In this document: in pieces, positions 1 to 12,181 of the stretch
Position numbering within the stretch: position 1 is the stretch's first letter
How the letters are laid out: each line of letters opens with the position of its first letter
Source: Schmidtea nova
Taxonomy: Eukaryota
Direction: 5' to 3'
DNA length: 64,000 nt
NCBI GenBank assembly: GCA_044892505.1
Contig: CM097882.1
Coordinates: 43,462,001 to 43,526,000, forward strand
Notes under the pieces: model-generated
What the model saw: the letters and a program-made list of their open reading frames with translations, nothing else
What the model was told of the DNA's origin: nothing
Database searches by the model: none
Position numbers and translations under genes: made by a program

Positions 1-489
1 TAGTACAGTTTATTCATTACAAAAGATTACTCAAATTAATTATTTTTTGAGTTTTTACCACTTTTTATAACTTTTAAAAAGCTATTCTAATATTTATTCT
101 TTTATAATCATTGCACTTAATCAGATTTCAAGAAAATTATTTTAAAAAATAAAAAAATAAGTTTTAAATCTCATGATCCTTTAATATTTATAAATCAAGA
201 TCCTTTAAAAGTACCACTATATAATCTAGTCAACATTAATTTGTTTCAAATTTTTCAAAAAAATTAATAAAATTAAACTTTTTAAATTGGGTTGGAATTT
301 TATTTAAAGATATCAACATTATTTTATTGAGTTGATTTCTCTGAGCTCGAAATTAGTGTAAAAAATTCAATTTTGCTAAAATTGTAATTGTACATGAATT
401 TAAATGCATTTATTTCATAAAAATATAGAACTTTAGTTTTGTTAAGAATTTTGCACATAATTTGGATAAATTTTTAAGTAGTTTGGAAA

Positions 490-968
490 TGAAATTAGAA
501 TATCGCAAACGTGAGAAACACAATAATGCGGATGCACTATCACGACTGAATATTAGAAATTGCATACAATGTCAGATATATCATATTGATGCTAAAGCAG
601 AAAAAATAAAACTAAAATTTTAGCAATCTCAAACATTTAAATGGCAAAGTAATTCTGAAGAAATAATGGAAATAGAAGAAAACATTCAGAACAGAAAAAC
701 TGAAGATTATTATGTGGACAATGTAATTATTGACTCATAATAATAAAATATATATATATGAAAAATGATTTTATACTAAAAATCCAAAAAGAATTGTGTC
801 ATGCAGGAATCAACAAAACGACAAACTACATAAAGAATTATTATAATTTGCAAGAAATGGATAAAAGTATTAAGAGAATTCTCACAATTTATGAAATTTG
901 CCAGAAACGTAAAACATTTACTGGTAAAACAAAAGAAGTTATTGAAAAACTAATTGCGCATGAACCAT

Positions 969-1016
<48 letters not shown>

Positions 1017-1254
1017 TTTTGTGACCCCTTTAAAATGACACTATCTAGCAAAAGATATGTAATTACTATAATAGATCCTTTTAGTAAATATGTAGTATTA
1101 AAAGCTGTAAGAACACAAGAAGAAAAGACATTAATTGATAATGTGAAAAGTTCGTGGATATTGAAGTATGGCCCGCCAAAGGAAATTCATGTTGATGACG
1201 GAAAATGTTTCGAATCCCAGCTTTTAAAAATATGGCAGTAAAGTATCACTTGAA
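490..1254 (+). mobile_element. Degraded Ty3/gypsy pol fragment (RNase H end to integrase core)
   Basis: Translates to LEYRKREKHNNADALSR (end of RNase H), integrase HHCC region (ELCHAGINKT...ICQKRK) and core (YIDFCDPF, IIDPFSKY, IHVDDGKCFES). It has stops and frameshifts, and a (TA)n expansion at ~972-1011 sits inside the coding region. Confidence 0.85.
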
Positions 1255-1272
1255 GTTATTGCTGATTTCTGG

Positions 1273-2080
1273 TGTCGGCACACCGGCTACTATAAATATT
1301 TCCACAATTTCTTAAATAAAGTTTTTCGAATTTCTCAAGTTATTCTTATTCTTTGGGAAATAATAAAGAGTGATATCATCTGAGGACGCAGCAAATCAAA
1401 CATAATCAATCATACATGTAGGTATTACAGAATATAGAATAGGGATTAGGGAAATCAAATATCCCATTATAATTGCATCACACCCCTTTCGTTTTAAATG
1501 GCTTTAGCCATTCCTCATTTCTAGTAATAAATTTATTATTATTTATTATTATTATTATTATTATTATTTTTATTCCTTAATAAATAACTATTTTAATTAT
1601 ATTTTTCCATTATTTCAAAAGGCCTACGATACCGGTTATCTTGCTTGTTTCTGATATCTTCCTTGAAGAGTACCAATTCACTGACTCCGAAAGATCTATG
1701 TATTCGATTTTCCTGATTATAATTATTTATACGCTTCAATGATTTAATATTCAATGCTATTTCATGTTTCTTTCGTTCTTTAGCATTTATTTCTGGACCA
1801 TTAGTAAAACGCTCTTTGCAAATTTTCCTTCCATAAATTACTTCAACAGGACTAACTTTTATACTTGACTACATTGTTGAATTCATTGCAAATTCTATAT
1901 GATGGAATACTTCTTCCTATGTCTTAAATTGTTTCTCGTCCAAACAGCAGGAAATCCAGTCTCTTAGCGTTCTAAATTGTCTTTCAATTTGTCCATTAGA
2001 TTGATGATGATAAGGACTTGAATAAACTATCTTTAAGTGATACTTTACTGCCATATTTTAAAAAGCTTGGGATTCGATAA
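1273..2080 (-). mobile_element. Inverted 3' half of the same gypsy element: integrase C-terminus, PPT and 3' LTR (1273-1482)
   Basis: Minus strand reads SSPYHHQSNGQIERQFRTLRDW...HIEFAMNST. It is followed by the purine tract AAAACGAAAGGGG and a 210 bp segment with TGT...ACA termini (1482 to 1273). Confidence 0.75.
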
Positions 2081-2231
2081 ATTTTACGCTTCAATTTTAG
2101 TAATTTTTTATTTTAGAATTATTAACTCAAAACCTTGGCTCAACTATTTTAATAAAGTGACTACATACAAATATTCAGGAAAAATCAAAATTTTATTGTT
2201 AAAATGAAAATATTATGAATTCTAAAATTAC

Positions 2232-5200
2232 CATAGATCATTAAAGTTCTTTCAGCCTTCGCATTAACGACATTGGCTGAGTACATAACTTCACAAGCAT
2301 AAATGCCAGCATATGTTTCATCCACTGTTAATATTTCCAATCTACGAATAATATTATCAAAATATCATAAAATCAAAATCTTGATATTGGTTCTGATAAA
2401 TACTTTCTAGGCAATTTTTCAGTGAATGATCACTTTTTTAAGTTCGAAAATTATTTAGGACTCAATAAAATGATTAGTTTATTCATTATTTCGTGTTCAA
2501 TTATTATGTCACTTGGACCCTGAAATTTTTTAGAAATTTTTTAATTTTTCTCATGAATATTAGAATTTTATATAACAAATTTTAAAGAATATATTTTGTT
2601 AAAATATGAATGAGCATTACGTAAAAGATCAAAGAATGAAAATTAATTAATATAACATGTAAATTTTATAATACAATAATTATGCATTTACTTTTTAAGG
2701 TGGCCCCTAATAACGTCTTTATGCAGCAGTTATTATGTTTGTCATTTTTATAGATAATAATAATTAATCAACCAATCCTATATTATAGTAATCCAATATT
2801 TTTCCGACAAAAATATGAAGAGCTGACCTTGACGTTGCTCTAGCAATATGTGATAAACTATATTTTAAAATTTATTAAAATATAATCAAATATCATTCAT
2901 AAGTAGTATTGCACTAGTGAAAGAAATATTTTGGGTTCAGTTTAGATGTATAAACAGAATTTGTCCGTGAAAGGAGAGGTTCAGAACATTTGAGAAAACA
3001 CAAAATTTCATACTATTCAAGGATAAGAAAATTTACCCGCAGAATGTAATAAAAATTGAAATATATCTACTATTATACTCTGTATTCAAGTTATATTATA
3101 CGGAACGCCAATGAATCATGTGTTCTTTTGTCCAAAAAATGAAAATATATTTATCCAAAATTCCTTACTGCTAATTTTCCCGGAACCTGTTTATTAGGAA
3201 GATTATGGAAAGACAAAATGCAGAGTTAATAGATTTGTTAAATAGCGTGTCACGATGAGTCCTTACTTCTAATCATAGAAAATAAAGAATTTATAACATT
3301 TAAATTTGCATAATTAATTTTCATAAAATTAATCAATAAAAAATTGACTTTTCATTTCTTTTACACGTACATGTCAAAATTTTTATTTATTTAACACAAT
3401 TTTTTGGTAGGACCTTTTCCAAATGTTTGAACAAATAAAAATATTGATTTATAATCTAAATAGAAATGAAAATAAAGGAAATTGAAAATATAATCAGTGA
3501 TTAAAAAAGTAAAATTAATTTACTGATAATGACGAAATATTGAATATATATGAAAAATGATATTTATACATGTACCAAGAGATCTTACCTAATTGAATAC
3601 GGTTGTTTTCCTTGTCCAATTTTATATTTGGATAAATCATATGAAGTTAATCCTTTATTGATTGCAACAGCTGGAGTTGGGTCACCTTTATAAGGATATT
3701 TTTTCCAAAATATCTAAATATTAATCAACACTAAATCATATTACATCAGCAAACAACATTTACAAATATAGAAGAGGAAAATAAAAATATGATTCAAAAT
3801 AGACACAAGAATCTTAAATTTTTAAGTAAAAATTCTTATCAAGAGTCAGTTTCAGGTGGTATGAAAGAAAGATAATAAAGACCACACAAAAAGACAGGAT
3901 ATACCACATTTGTGATCAAAGAACAACTACTTATGACATTCAAACACACTATATATGATTTCAGGAATAAAAGTAATAAAGGAACAGACATGAAAATAAT
4001 AACTTAATGTTAATAAAATAGTATATTATAACTTTTTAAGATATCATACACGAGAAATGAGAGGGGAATCAAAAAAGTTACCCAATATTCGAACAAAACC
4101 GTACTTGAAGTTTTACTTTTATATTTTTTTTTAAAATCTTCACCATTAACGGCTCTTTCCTGAATTTTATGGTAGATCATACCGTTATATTATCCTATTA
4201 CACAACTACTTAATTTCCATTTTATAATGAATAATTTACTTCGTGATATTTACATGTTTGTATAGAGTAAATTCGACAGAAAAACATCAAATATTTATTG
4301 ATATTTTATTATTTACCAAAATCGCGTTTTTGAATAATGGTGAAAAATAAATTACAAATTTTAATGATAATATTACATATTTCGGCGTCATGCTTCTAAA
4401 ATAGCATTTTATTTTTAAAAATAACTTAAATATATAAATGCGATTTTAGAAAAATTGAAAAAAATTGAATGATACCCTTTTGACTGGAGGCCTGATTCAA
4501 ATGCATATATTATGCCCTCTTATTTTTATGATCCCTTATAAAGTGATATTTGGTAATTGATAAAAATAAATAGTTATTATTAATTACTTGTTGCATCAAT
4601 ATTTTAGAATTATGTAGAAAATATTACAAAAAACGTACAAATCGATCGTCCAACATGAGTATATGGTTAAGACTTATCGAACCATCTACAAGCTGGATTC
4701 CTCTGAAGTTTCCCTTAGGGTAGCTGGCATGTGTTGTTGTAGTTTAACCTGTTAAACAGAATGATTAAAAGTATTGGAGACGAAATGTTCTCAACTTATT
4801 GAGTTGAAGTGTGCCCTTCTTCGTTAAAAATGTACTTTGAATACAAATGTTTAGTGAGCAATTTATAGTTCGCAAAATTAAAGATGTGAAATGAACTAAC
4901 AAACTGGTTAAGATGCCTAACAAAACGCTCATTTAGTAATAATTAGTAGTAATAAGTGCACTCAAACCTCGTATAACTGATATATAATTCGACGAAAACG
5001 TTGTCTAATACAAATACATGTTATACGAGGCTCAAAGTTCATAGAAATTTATTGTGTGCTTTCAAAAAAATAAAGAAATTTAATTATATACTTTATTTTA
5101 CAGAACATCTAAAAATATGTATTTAAAAATACATTAATAAAATAAATTATTCATCATCACTCTCACTTGAAATCATATTTATTCGACTCAACTTTAAAAT

Positions 5201-6296
5201 TGGTTGTGGATTTTTATCTGTGGAAAGATCTTCAATATTTAGAGTAATTTAATCTTTATAACTTGCATAAAAATAGAATTTTTTGCAAAAGACTGGTCCA
5301 AAGAGATATTTAAAAAATAAATTGAATATTTTTATTTTATGTTTATTTCTAAAACTATGCTATATAAATATTGTTTTACAAGTATGTCACAATTCATCAA
5401 CCATATACTAATTGGTAAAAATAGTTATTAAGCCCAGTTATTTCCTATTTAAACCAGATATAATGTTTTCCTGTTGAGTGACTTTATAACGAGATATGAG
5501 TGTATTTAACAAAAAATATATACCGTATATTTCGGCGTATAAGACGACCCTTAAAGTCAAAAATCACCCTTGAAAATTGTGGGTCGTCCTATACAACCGA
5601 TATAAAAGAAAGTATTACAGTACAAGATGTATTTATACTACTTTTATGCATATCTAAAACCCATCAAATTCATCACCATCATCACCGTGATTGCTCTAAT
5701 TTTGTACCTCGTCTTATCTGACGGTCGCCTTATACGCCGAAATATACGGTAGTTATAAAAGAGAAACGTTTATAAATAATCCCTATTTTAATTTATCTAA
5801 TAAAAATTGAAAATAGAAAAAATCAAATATGAACAATATAAATGTTAATAAAAATAAAAATATAATAATCTAAAAATAAATATTTTCTTTAATAATTTAT
5901 TAATATTTTAAATATTACAAAAGTCAATATTTAACCATTTAAGGGAAAAAAATATTCGTATTAAAAATTGAATTTATGATATCAATATTAAATTTTTTTT
6001 AATCGATAATAATTCACATATTAATTAAATAGTAAAATACAATTACATTTCCCGTTGAAGGCATATTAAAAACTGTGCATTCCAAAACCATATTATTTCC
6101 TTTTTTCACATACATATTAACTGTACCATTAGAATATTGTTTAAGAAATTCCTTTGGAGGCACCTCAATAGATATAGACACATCGGGAGTTATTTGTTCG
6201 TGTGAATATCCTGAAAAAAATTATTTTTTGTAGTTTTTTGAAGTTTACTAATTTATTACCGATTAATAAGATAAGGACACAGAAACAGGTAATCAT
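2232..6296 (-). CDS. Signal peptide plus Ig V-type domain cell-surface protein (lachesin/IgLON/DPR-like); 3' part lies beyond the window's left edge
   Basis: GT-AG exons 6296-6260, 6210-6047, 3713-3589 and 2341-2232 join in frame (phases 1,0,2,1). Product: MITCFCVLILLIGYSHEQITPDVSISIEVPPKEFLKQYSNGTVNMYVKKGNNMVLECTVFNMPSTGNIFWKKYPYKGDPTPAVAINKGLTSYDLSKYKIGQGKQPYSIRLEILTVDETYAGIYACEVMYSANVVNAKAERTLMIYG. It has a hydrophobic leader and Ig hallmarks (L-x-C, W, L-x-I, D-x-x-x-G-x-Y-x-C). Confidence 0.8.
5523..5749. mobile_element. Tc1/mariner-superfamily (pogo/Tc2-like) MITE, 227 bp
   Basis: TIRs CCGTATATTTCGGCGTATAAG(A/G)CGACC at both ends, flanked by TA. Internal GTC(G/C)TYTTAT-like subterminal motifs are present and there is no real ORF. 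Confidence 0.85.
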
Positions 6297-9200
6297 TTAA
6301 ATTTGAAATTACAAAATTAAAATTAATTAAAATTGTTTAGTTAAAACAAATATGTCTATTGGGTTTATTTTAATTTTATAAATTATAGATAAGCTTTTAA
6401 TTTAGAATTTAAATATATTGTAACAATTTTTTTCAAAATAAAGGAGTTTTGATTTTGTTATTAAATTTTTAAAAATATATTTATAAATATGAAATTGAAA
6501 TTGAAATTTTATTTTTATATAATTTCATTTAAACTCCTTTGCTTGAGAAATCCATGTCTTTCTTTACAATACTGATTTCATTCATTTAAATTACATATGA
6601 AACAAATTAATAATTAATTAATTAAGTAGTATCAAGTAGATTGTATATAAAAATGAATTGATAAAAAAATCTTTAATTTGTGAGAAAATAAAAGTTTTTA
6701 AATTATAATGGATTTCATATTGGAAAAAATTATAAATCCAATGCGAGGTTAGAATTTAATTAAAAACTAATTGCTTTTTCTAAAGAAAGTTGTAAAATGG
6801 TAATAAAATAAATAGCAGTTTCATAGTAATTCTATTTCTTTGAATTAAGGTCTATTATATAACGATTTTTTTAATATTTGACGTTATTCGTTTTATAAAT
6901 TTAAACTGTAAAGTAGAATTGCTGGTCTTTTATTTATTAAAAATATGTGTTCATGCAAAAATTGTTTCATTTCATACATAGTAAATCAAATTAATTCATA
7001 GATCTTGTGAACTTGACTAATTTATTAATGTTTGGATTGAAGCTTTATTTAATTATAGAAACCACATTTAAATAATAATATTATTTAAATAAATAAAATG
7101 CCTAATTCCATTATTTATATTATTGATGAGCAACTGTTTTATTTGCTTTATCATTGTTGTCTCAACCGACTTCAAATAAGACGGTAACAGTTGATCTAAA
7201 CTTGAACTATTTTTATAAAAATTATGTTCAATTCTATGGAATAAAAGCAACGACTTGTTTATTGTTTTAGTGGAATTATACATTCATTAACAGTTTCGTC
7301 TCAGAATGCTCAACATTTTCATGATAACGGTAAAAGATTTATAACAGAATTAACAAAAAGTTTATTGCAGCAGACGCTGACAATTTAAAATTTTTCTCAT
7401 AAAAGGTGGTACATCAGGTTGCCTACAGAAATTTAGCGAGCCTCTTTAACTAATTATGTACATTTTTTTTACATATACGAATATTGTTAAGTTGGAATTT
7501 TCAGAGGCAATAAGGGAATCGGGAGTAGTCCTTTGAACAGGGGACAGTCCCGCTCAAATATGGATGTCTGGGAAACCTGTATCCAAATCAAGTTTTCTTA
7601 TGTTGTCTGAAAATAATATAAAATATTAAATGCTTGATCCGAAATTTAAATTATTTTCTAATGTTAAATGAGATCTAGTGGAGATATATTGATAATTTAT
7701 GTAGTTTATGTATTTTTATTGCTTTCATCTCTATTATAAGTGTTGTTAAGTATTATGAGAATTTTCACAGAGAAAATTATTAAGTTACGCTTTGACTTAA
7801 TATCTGAAGTGTCCAACTGACTGTTAAATAATAGCAATAATAATTTTAAATCAACCATTTTTGAAGTTTCTTATGTAAAACAAAGATTTTTTAGAAAACT
7901 AAATTATTAAAACATTTTTGAAATAAATAATTAATTCATTTGATTCTTAACTGATTAAACTAGAACCATTCCACTCGGGAGCCATTTAACTTGATCAATT
8001 TAAATTAGATACGACTTCGCTGTGCAATATAAAATTTATAACAATAACCCGAACCTCTAGCAATATATTTAATTTATATATTGTATCAGTTAACTTTTAA
8101 GATTTCAATTGTCTCCCAGGAAAAAATTTTCTTTGCAAAAAATTTTTTGCAATTGAATCTAGTAGAGTTGTTTTATTGAAATCGAATGGTTACGATTCAA
8201 ATCAGCTAATTTAATTTTCGTCAAAACTGTCCTCTTTATGATCAAATTATTTATTATAATTAGTGAAAAGATAAAGACTTTATTTAAAGTTCAACAAATA
8301 ATTTTTACTGATTATGAAAATAATTTATTTTTTATTGATGCTTACTACAAGTAATTGAAGTAATACTTGTCAAATCAAACATTTCGGACAGTTTAATTTC
8401 TTAAAGTTACATGTAAATATATTTAATTCTCGAATCAGTAATTGCAAAATAAATGGTGCTCTTTAAACTTTTGTAGTAGCCAATCATATTAAAGTTGTTA
8501 TATATTAATGATATATAAAATAGGATTGTTTAAATATTAAAATAGTTTTTAATCTTGATTTAAAGATTTAATTTGATTTATTTATTGTAATTAGTAAAAA
8601 CTTAAGCGTCACAATAAAGATTTTATTTTAGTGGAAAAAATTAGAATTTCTGGAAATACGAAAATATGGATTTTTAAATATAGAAAACTGTTTTTAGAAG
8701 ATTAGAAAAAATATTGATCTCGGGTACATGTTAAAAGAAGATTTGAAGATTGATTTCTTTAGAAGCTTATGTAGCAAGAAGATATTAAACGAAAAAGAAT
8801 GTATTGAAAACGAAAATTTAAGAAATTTTTATTTTTATTTCAGTAGAGCTTTTGAAATCTGCTCGGAAAAATCTAGCAAAATTCAAAAAATTCGACATTA
8901 CATAAATATTAGACAGAAAAATGATGAAAAATTAATGGTTTTTACAATCAAAATGAAAGTTGAAGTTAAAAAATTTTAAATTGAAGATAATTTAATTATA
9001 TTGAAACTGTTTTTAATAATTGTGCTTTGAAAAATATCTCCAAAACTATAATATTTTTGAAACCAAAAACTAAAGATGAAGTAGTAATCGCAGTTATGAA
9101 AACGAAAATGTCTTAAGAAAAATGAAGAGTATCGAAACCTCAGGGGAAATTAAACAACTAATGGAATATCATTCAAAACGAACTTATGAATATAAGTAAA

Positions 9201-10349
9201 AATATTAATTTACTTTTGGAAAACAAGTAGATACTAATCAAAAATGTCAGAATGGATGAGAAAATGAAGTTCGATATTTGGAATGCAATAAGGTGGATCA
9301 TTAAAAGGAATTACCCATTTAGATTTTCAATGCTGATGCTGTTACAAATATGGCCACATTCAAATATTTTGTCCGATTATTTTAAAAAATAAAGAAAAAC
9401 AGGTGATTAATATGGAAAATATGTAAACATTCTGAGCTGTAGCAAAAGTACGAAGGAATCAAACAATTTGAAGATCATCATCTAGAGTAGAAGTAAATTC
9501 AATGAAAAGAACCATGGTAAAGAATTATGTTAAGTCTTTATTTAGTTGATATATATATATATATTATTGAAGGTTCAGTGGCAAAACTAAAACGTAGGAT
9601 TTTACAATACTCATCAAATATTTAAGAGAGCAACATGGAAAAGGTCATTAATAAAACTATTATTAATGGCTAAGAGGAAGAAAATAGTACACTCAAGTAG
9701 TAAGATTTGAGCGCGCTGGTTCATAAAGAAATGTCTCACGGGGAAGAGATTATATGTCAATCCAATTATGTGATATAACCAATTAAGTTCACAATTGGTA
9801 AAGAATTTCCAAGTTTTCATAAAACAAAAAAAACCTTCGCTGCTCGTTTCTGGCCAAAAGAAGGGTCATAATAAAAATATTTTCGGAGATAAATATCTAA
9901 GAATTCTATCTTGATTACAAAACACTAAAACTTTTTATCGTATGACTCTTAATTTTTGTTGTGATTGGGAATCGCCAGACATTTTTTAAAAATTAAAGAA
10001 ATTTCATAACTTTTACAATTTTTGTCCTCGTCCTAATGCATCTTTTGGGTCTACAGAAACAATAGACATTTAGAATTGCAGCACTCCTCACGGTTTGTCG
10101 TATGAATGTCAAAGATTGATCATATGTCAATTCTTTGAGAAGTTTTTGTCATTTGATCCTGTGCGTTCTCCGCATTTTTACAAAAAAATATCATTAAAAA
10201 TATTTTGATCTTGGCATGACGTTTTTAAACGCTGTAGAACAAAATGATGCGTATGATGCGTCACCTTTTAGCCTGACTCATGCCTGGTCAGATCAATAAG
10301 TCATGGCGATAACGCGTTTCTTTGTGAGTCAGTGCGCTCACATCTTACT

Positions 10350-10560
10350 ACTCACTCATTATGTTCGACACAGGAGCAGGTATAAATATAGTGAGAAAAA
10401 CATTTTTACAGGAAATTATGAAAACTCAATCAGTTTTACCAGTTTTAGAAATAAAAGTGCAAATAAGCTTTGCCAATGGGATTGTAATGCAAAGTCACTG
10501 TAAAGTTTTGTGGGAAAACCAAATGGGTGTTGAAACTGTCAAACAAAATTTGAAATAATT
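10350..10560 (+). mobile_element. Retropepsin-like aspartic protease relic of an LTR retrotransposon
   Basis: MFDTGAGINIV...ISFANG matches the D-T-G protease motif and flap. It is truncated, and the surrounding 8.7-10.6 kb looks like decayed retroelement sequence. Confidence 0.6.
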
Positions 10561-11399
10561 AATGATACATTTATAAATATTTGAAAAGGGATAGTATAGT
10601 TGATAGAAGTTGATAGAAATACTTATTGTCTCGAAAACGTCCAATGTATTTTTGTCTGTACAGAATGAGCCAGGATTCAACTCAACAAAACGCTTTAGAT
10701 AAGGCTTGGAGGATTAGGCGTAGTATCGAAAAAGAGTTGGAGTTAATTAAGGCACAATTGGGGAAAGCGGAAGCGCAATTACAATATCTACGTAAAAGCT
10801 GGTTCACTCCGGCCCGGATGAAGGATCAGATCACTCGCACAGAATGAGCTCAAAGGACCGCAGACGAGTATAGAGCAGAGTGAGAAGCTACCAAAATAGA
10901 GCTGAGAAGGTGCCTCCACTTGGTCACTACCTCGTTCATAGACTCTGAATTGCGAAGCTAAATCCGACCTATTACCTACCAAAACTAGATAACTGAGAAG
11001 AAGCCCGCATGTTCAGTGCGAACAGACGTTGAGGGTTTGGAGCCAGTCAAGGTAGTTGATCCAGTGCCGTCAACGGAAATCGTGCAAGTCTACAACCCTG
11101 CTAAGAAAAGGAAGCGAATTGGATCAAAATGCCAGAGACAAAAGAAGCTCTTTGTGCAACAATTGCAAGCCCAAATCGATCTAGTGTCAGAATTAACTGA
11201 AGTAGATCTGCTGGCTGAGATTTTTCCACTCAGCGGAAATTTCTTAGATTTCTGTACATAATCAATAAATTATCGATGTTATAGATTTTCGTTTTAGTTC
11301 TATGGCTTAGGATATTTTGTAATAAAATTTAATAGTATATTGTCGAAAAATATTTTCCAGGTATTTAAAATTATCAAACATAAATAAAAAGGAAATTAG

Positions 11400-11600
11400 T
11401 AGCGTAAGACCTCCTAACGGCAGCGTGAACCCGCGAAAATAAATGGGGAGTAGTTTCAGCAATGAAGCTCACCTGCCCATCATTTTTTAATCACCTTGCA
11501 CATTTCCAACTTAACTATATGGGGAATAGTTAAGGGCGCTCGTGTGAAGTAGTGCACATTTATGTATGGTCACGGACAGGGCATCCCTAGCACCTATTAG
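11400..11600 (+). repeat. Dispersed hairpin-motif family, copy A (others ~40950-41060 +, ~55100-55370 +, ~57400-57760 -)
   Basis: Shared core TAGTTY(Y)-6 nt loop-(G/A)AAxCTCAC(C/T)TGC at 11445-11477, 40982-41012, 55169-55199 and 57702-57672, plus pairwise flanking similarity. Confidence 0.6.
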
Positions 11601-12017
11601 TATTTAATTTTTATCAACCCGTCCATAAACCCAGCACTAAATAAAAAATTAAATATCACTAGATTGGGGAAAATGGGCATGGTATATGATGTGATGTATT
11701 GAAATTTGGAGAATGAAGAAGGAAAAGCCAAAATTGAGAAATAAGAAGATAACAGCGAAATAAAAGAAATCGAACAATAAACCAGAAAATGTCATTCCTA
11801 ATTAAGAAATACAAAAAGGATAAAGAAATTCCGAAATTGAAAACCAAACACAAGAAGAAATATTATATCTCGACAGCTTTCAAAGATAATGCGGGAAGTA
11901 GGAGGAAAGTATGATGGAGCCAAAAACGGGATAAGCAAAATTTATCTTGAAAGCCAGAAAATGACGAGCTATAAAAAGGAAATCCACAGTAGTTGAATCA
12001 GAAAATGTAGATTGATA

Positions 12018-12181
12018 AATTCATATCAGAAAATTTAGATTTAGAGAAAAGTTAAAAGCGTGAATAAATTACATTGAATAAGTTATATAATTGGAATAAA
12101 ATAATTCATATCAGAAAATTTAGATTTGGAGAAAAGTTAAAGGCATGAATAAATTACATTGAATAAGTTATATAATTGGAA
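12018..12181. repeat. Tandem duplication, ~85 bp period, two copies
   Basis: AATTCATATCAGAAAATTTAGATTT(A/G)GAGAAAAGTTAAA...TGAATAAGTTATATAATTGGAA starts at 12018 and again at 12103. Confidence 0.9.

Noticed and set aside
7068-7330. Possible second Penelope tail with hammerhead-like ATGAAAAT-GTTGAG...CTGAGAC-GAAAC on the minus strand
   Set aside because: The core has two mismatches to CTGANGA, stem II is broken, and the motif lies upstream rather than downstream of the weak ORF tail. At best a decayed relic.
11400-11480. HDV-like, twister or hammerhead assignment for the hairpin-motif family
   Set aside because: The required P1.1/P2 pairings, twister pseudoknots and CUGANGA core could not be formed. 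Left unassigned.
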